From an uncultured Dehalococcoidales bacterium (GTDB lineage: Bacteria > Chloroflexota > Dehalococcoidia > GIF9 > UBA5629), in the NCBI GenBank assembly GCA_964548415.1, contig CAZJQG010000006.1:12548-76547 (forward strand): DNA of 64,000 nucleotides, given 5' to 3'. Shown piece by piece: positions 61,120-64,000 of the stretch. Numbering within the stretch: position 1 is the stretch's first letter; each line of letters starts with the position of its first letter. The notes beneath the pieces were generated by a model. The model ran no database searches, was not told where the DNA came from, and worked only from the letters and a program-made list of their open reading frames with translations. A program made the position numbers and the translations under genes.

Positions 61120-61233
61120 GTCGTCGCGAGTCCTTCCACGGAAGGACGTGGCGATCTCATCAATAAAAACCGGGTTGGTGCCAGGACGAGATTACCACGT
61201 CGTCCCGATTTCATCACGACCCCTCGCAATGAC
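61120..61233. mobile_element. MITE-like composite palindromic element, copy A (two inverted family-2 arms around a ~30-nt core)
   Basis: Left arm gtcgtcgcgag..cgtggcgatctc, core atcaataaaaaccgggttggtgccaggac, right arm gagattaccacg..ctcgcaatgac. Confidence 0.5.
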
Positions 61234-61295
61234 CACATTTTGTGATCCCACTCCCCTCACCTAGATTGATTGATCCGCGTTTCGATATGAATTTG

Positions 61296-61330
61296 TTTAG
61301 GATTTAGGAATTCTGATTTAGGATTTCAGT
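61296..61330. repeat. Heptad array (TTTAGGA)n
   Basis: tttagga tttagga attctga tttagga tttcagt. Confidence 0.6.
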
Positions 61331-61399
61331 CAAGAAAAAACGCAGCGTCTTTTAGATAGACTGGACTTACACTGCAGAGACCTCTATACTGCACCCACT

Positions 61400-61966
61400 A
61401 TGGAAAAACCAACCATCTGGGACAGATATGCCAGGGGCCTGAACAATATAATCAAGGGCGATAAAAAACGCCGGTTAATTGTGACTCCCATCGCGGCTAT
61501 CATCTTCTTCGGCCTGTTGACCTTCTTCGTCCTCTGCTCCTTCTGGGTGGATAAATGGCTCCACCTGCCTTATTTGCCGGACTCCTGGTGGAGGTATACA
61601 ATCGCCGGTATCCTATTCTTACCCGGATTCGTGCTGGGCTTCATGACGGTAACAAAGTTTTTTAGTACCCGGGGCACACCCGTTCCCACCAGTCCGCCGC
61701 CGAAGCTCATAACCACCGGCCTTTACGGCTGTATCAGAAATCCGATGGCCCTGGGGCTGCTGCTCATGCTGGAAGGGCTGGGCTTCTACTTCGGGTCGCT
61801 GTCGCTAATCGTCTTCTTCGCCCCGCTGCCGGTGGTGCTCTACGCACTTGAGATAAAAGCGGTTGAAGAGCCTGAGCTTGAGATGAGATTCGGCCAGGCA
61901 TACGTGGAATACAAGAAGCGGGTGCCCATGTTTATTCCACGATGTAGGGGCAGGATTAAACATTAA
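61400..61966 (+). CDS. Isoprenylcysteine carboxyl / phospholipid methyltransferase-family membrane protein
   Basis: 188 aa, multi-TM. LITTGLYGCIRNPMALG and an EEPELEMRFGQAYVEYKKRVP C-terminal signature. Confidence 0.8.
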   Translation: MEKPTIWDRYARGLNNIIKGDKKRRLIVTPIAAIIFFGLLTFFVLCSFWVDKWLHLPYLPDSWWRYTIAGILFLPGFVLGFMTVTKFFSTRGTPVPTSPPPKLITTGLYGCIRNPMALGLLLMLEGLGFYFGSLSLIVFFAPLPVVLYALEIKAVEEPELEMRFGQAYVEYKKRVPMFIPRCRGRIKH

Positions 61967-62067
61967 GAGATAAATCCCCCTTTTCCTAAGGGGGAGATTC
62001 TGCTAAATTCAATATTAGCGGCTGCTTCTCCCTTTGTTAAAGGGAGATTGAGAGGGATTTTCCCCGT

Positions 62068-62182
62068 GTCATTCTAAGGTCATTCGTAGAAAGCCGTGGT
62101 AACCTCTTAAATAAAAACCACGTTGGTACCAGGGACGAGATTGCCACGTCGCCCCGATTTCACCGGGACTCCTCGAAATGAC
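62068..62182. mobile_element. MITE-like composite palindromic element, copy B
   Basis: Collinear with copy A over its full length (gtcattctaag..cgtggtaacctc - ttaaataaaaaccacgttggtaccagggac - gagattgccacg..ctcgaaatgac). Confidence 0.5.
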
Positions 62183-62243
62183 AGGAAGAACAACCTGTAT
62201 TTTTGACGTTTAACGTGAACCTTTGACCTTTGGTTTTTAACTT

Positions 62244-63053
62244 TTAACTTTCGTTGGGGTGTCTCTTCAGAAAATCCAGTATTGCCTTGACCGCATCCGG
62301 CGACTGCGTAAAAGCATGGCCGGCGTTTTTCACCATAACCAGCTCGGCGCCCGGTATTCGTGAAGCTATAATCTTCGAGTTTTCAGGCGGAATCAGCCTG
62401 TCGGAATCTCCGGCGATAACCAGCGTCGGCACCTTTATCTGGGGAAGCCGGTCGCAGGTGTCGTGTCCGGCGATGGCGCTGCCGTGTCCGGCAAAACCCT
62501 GTGGCGGCGTGGGATACTCAGAGGTGACTTTTACCAGCGTCTCGACTGCCTGCGGATGGCTGTCGATGTAGTCCTGCGTCCATATCCAAGGCGCCGTAGC
62601 CCTGGCGCGTTCCTCCACGGAAAACTTGGCCGCGTCCGGATTGAACAGAAACGCCAGCGCCTCAGGCGTGGGTATGACCGATGTTTTGCCGCCGCAGTTG
62701 GAGCAGCCGACTATGAGGTTGAGTACACTATCCGGATAATCGAGGGCAAACTCCTGTGAAATCATGCCGCCCATGGAAACACCGAAAACATTGGCCTTAT
62801 CCAGGCCAATGGCATCCAGCAGACCTTTAGCATCGGCAGCAAACATCTTCATTGAATAAGGAGGTTCCGGCTTATCCGTCCTGCCGGTGCCGCGGTTATC
62901 GAAGATAATGGCGCGGTAATATTTGGCCATCTCGGGAACCAGCGTGAACCAGTGGCCGGAATTGAAGCTGTAGCCCTGTATCATCAGCAGCGGCTCGCCC
63001 TCCCCGTGTATTTCGTAGTAAATATTTATATCGTTAGCTTTCACCGTAGGCAT
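62244..63053 (-). CDS. Alpha/beta hydrolase
   Basis: 269 aa. Nucleophile elbow GVSMGG, C-terminal GDSDRLIP and NAGHA motifs. Confidence 0.88.
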   Translation of the reverse strand: MPTVKANDINIYYEIHGEGEPLLMIQGYSFNSGHWFTLVPEMAKYYRAIIFDNRGTGRTDKPEPPYSMKMFAADAKGLLDAIGLDKANVFGVSMGGMISQEFALDYPDSVLNLIVGCSNCGGKTSVIPTPEALAFLFNPDAAKFSVEERARATAPWIWTQDYIDSHPQAVETLVKVTSEYPTPPQGFAGHGSAIAGHDTCDRLPQIKVPTLVIAGDSDRLIPPENSKIIASRIPGAELVMVKNAGHAFTQSPDAVKAILDFLKRHPNES

Positions 63054-63249
63054 GTTATTTCCTCCAGATATGTCTAGTACCTTTTTAATTTTACATCACC
63101 TTATTTTTAAATAATAGGGATTATCACCCTCACCCTGTCCCTCTCCCTTGAAGGGAGAGGGAATAAGAGATAATACTCTCTCACCTGGAGGGAGAGAGCT
63201 AGAGTGATGGGGATATCAACAATTTAAATTAACATGTATTTCTGTTAGT

Positions 63250-63305
63250 GTAGGGACAGACCTTCAGGTCTGTCCGCTGAGGACAGGTCTAAAGACCTGT
63301 TCTAC
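63250..63305. repeat. Double-hairpin palindromic element (family 1), second copy
   Basis: gtag-[GGACAGACC ttca GGTCTGTCC]-gctga-[GGACAGGTC taaa GACCTGTtC]-tac. Confidence 0.65.
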
Positions 63306-63485
63306 GTGCTGTTTATCCCGCTCATCCTGAGCTTGTCGAAGGACGAATCTTCTCCCTTAGGAAAAGGGAGACTGAGAAGGATTTTAGAAGAGTTAAATGT
63401 TAAAGATTAAGAATAAAATGTTCGCGCAAGGGTGAAAAGTATTTTTGACGTTTAACTTGAACTTCTGATTTTTGGCTTTTAACTT

Positions 63486-64000
63486 TTAACTTTTTCTGTC
63501 CGGGTGTCTCTTCAAAAACCCCAGTATGGCGGTAATGGACTCCCGTGCGGCATCGCCGAAGAAGCCGTGTCCCGAGTTTTTCAGCATCACCAGCTCGGCG
63601 CCGGGTATCCTGTAAGCTATAATCTTCGAGTTTTCCGCCGGTATTATCCTGTCGGAATCCCCGGCAATTACCAGGGTAGGCGCCTTGATTTGAGGCAGCC
63701 GGTCATAGGTATCTATGGTCCTGATTACACCTGCCTGGCAGGCATAGCCACGGGTCGGTGTTGGATATTTAGCTGTAGTCTCCACGTACAGGTCGACCGC
63801 CCTCGGATGTTTATCGATGAACTCCTGGTTCCACAGCCAGGGCGCTGTCTTTCTGGCCCGTTCCTCGACAGGAAGTTTGGCCATCTCTACGCCGAAGAGA
63901 AATTCCAGTTGTTCTTTGCTCTGCTTTATCGCGTGCTTGCCGCCGCATTCGGTGCAGCCCAGTATCAGGCTGATGACCCTATCAGGATAGTTAAGGACAA
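63486..64000 (-). CDS. Alpha/beta hydrolase paralog (C-terminal part; continues beyond window end)
   Basis: The frame stays open upstream of the track's ATG (63884) to the window edge (..VLNYPDRVISLILGCTECGGKHAIKQSKEQLEFLFGVEMAKLP..). It is collinear with 62244..63053, including GDSDRIIP and NSGHG. Confidence 0.8.
   Translation of the reverse strand, partial: VLNYPDRVISLILGCTECGGKHAIKQSKEQLEFLFGVEMAKLPVEERARKTAPWLWNQEFIDKHPRAVDLYVETTAKYPTPTRGYACQAGVIRTIDTYDRLPQIKAPTLVIAGDSDRIIPAENSKIIAYRIPGAELVMLKNSGHGFFGDAARESITAILGFLKRHPDRKS

Noticed and set aside
60744-61264. Track ORFs 60744..61238 (-) and 61040..61264 (+) spanning the repeat-rich spacer.
   Set aside because: They run through palindromic repeat modules and, for the minus-strand ORF, overlap the CMD-family gene out of frame. 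The open frames are a by-product of the repeats.
59419-63485. Possible CRISPR array, suggested by the many short palindromic repeats.
   Set aside because: There is no single repeat of constant length alternating with unique spacers of regular size. The repeats belong to several unrelated families interleaved with genes, and no cas genes are present.

Overview
This 64-kb window has moderate GC and looks like it comes from an anaerobic bacterium. Gene content and intergenic repeat families resemble Chloroflexota/Dehalococcoidia-type genomes, but that taxonomy is inference only. All calls come from reading the ORF track and the DNA by eye; no searches were run.

Layout:
- (1) 1-6.2 kb, housekeeping: dapB fragment, pnp, rpsO, dnaX-ybaB-recR-recO.
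- (2) 6.3-9.4 kb: a 1048-aa multi-PAS hybrid histidine kinase.
- (3) 9.5-23.9 kb: about 21 co-directional minus-strand genes with very short gaps, headed by a Fur-family regulator. They cover O2/ROS detoxification, Fe-S/sulfur trafficking and copper handling: rubrerythrin-like proteins, NifS/NifU/TusA, flavin reductase + rubredoxin + FprA, hemerythrin/DUF438, CopA + YHS, tandem ferritin-like protein, DOMON protein and a lipoprotein Moco oxidoreductase.
  - Three real genes here are absent from the ORF track: a rubredoxin, a YHS protein and a glutaredoxin-like protein.
  - In the glutaredoxin-like gene an in-frame TGA replaces the first Cys of the CxxC motif (T-U-P-W-C), and a hairpin follows. 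It is a likely selenoprotein.
- (4) 24-42 kb, mostly housekeeping: ligA, pth, eno, gap, queF. It also holds a four-helix-bundle (IVS/Avd-family) gene bracketed by inverted heptad arrays, and a GlcD-like/HdrD-like/DUF169 cluster.
- (5) 42.4-56.1 kb, the most unusual region: ECF sigma + anti-sigma, then five tandem paralogous secreted beta-helix/CARDB surface proteins, then a DUF11-repeat protein.
  - Each paralog has its own near-consensus promoter and hairpin terminator, a conserved N-terminal module, a variable centre and a conserved C-terminal TM anchor ending RRSA.
  - The paralogs show exact gene-conversion tracts and a visible crossover junction.
- (6) 56-64 kb: accessory enzymes embedded in a dense mosaic of palindromic and MITE-like intergenic repeats, ending in two tandemly duplicated alpha/beta hydrolases.

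No rRNA, tRNA or CRISPR array was recognised.
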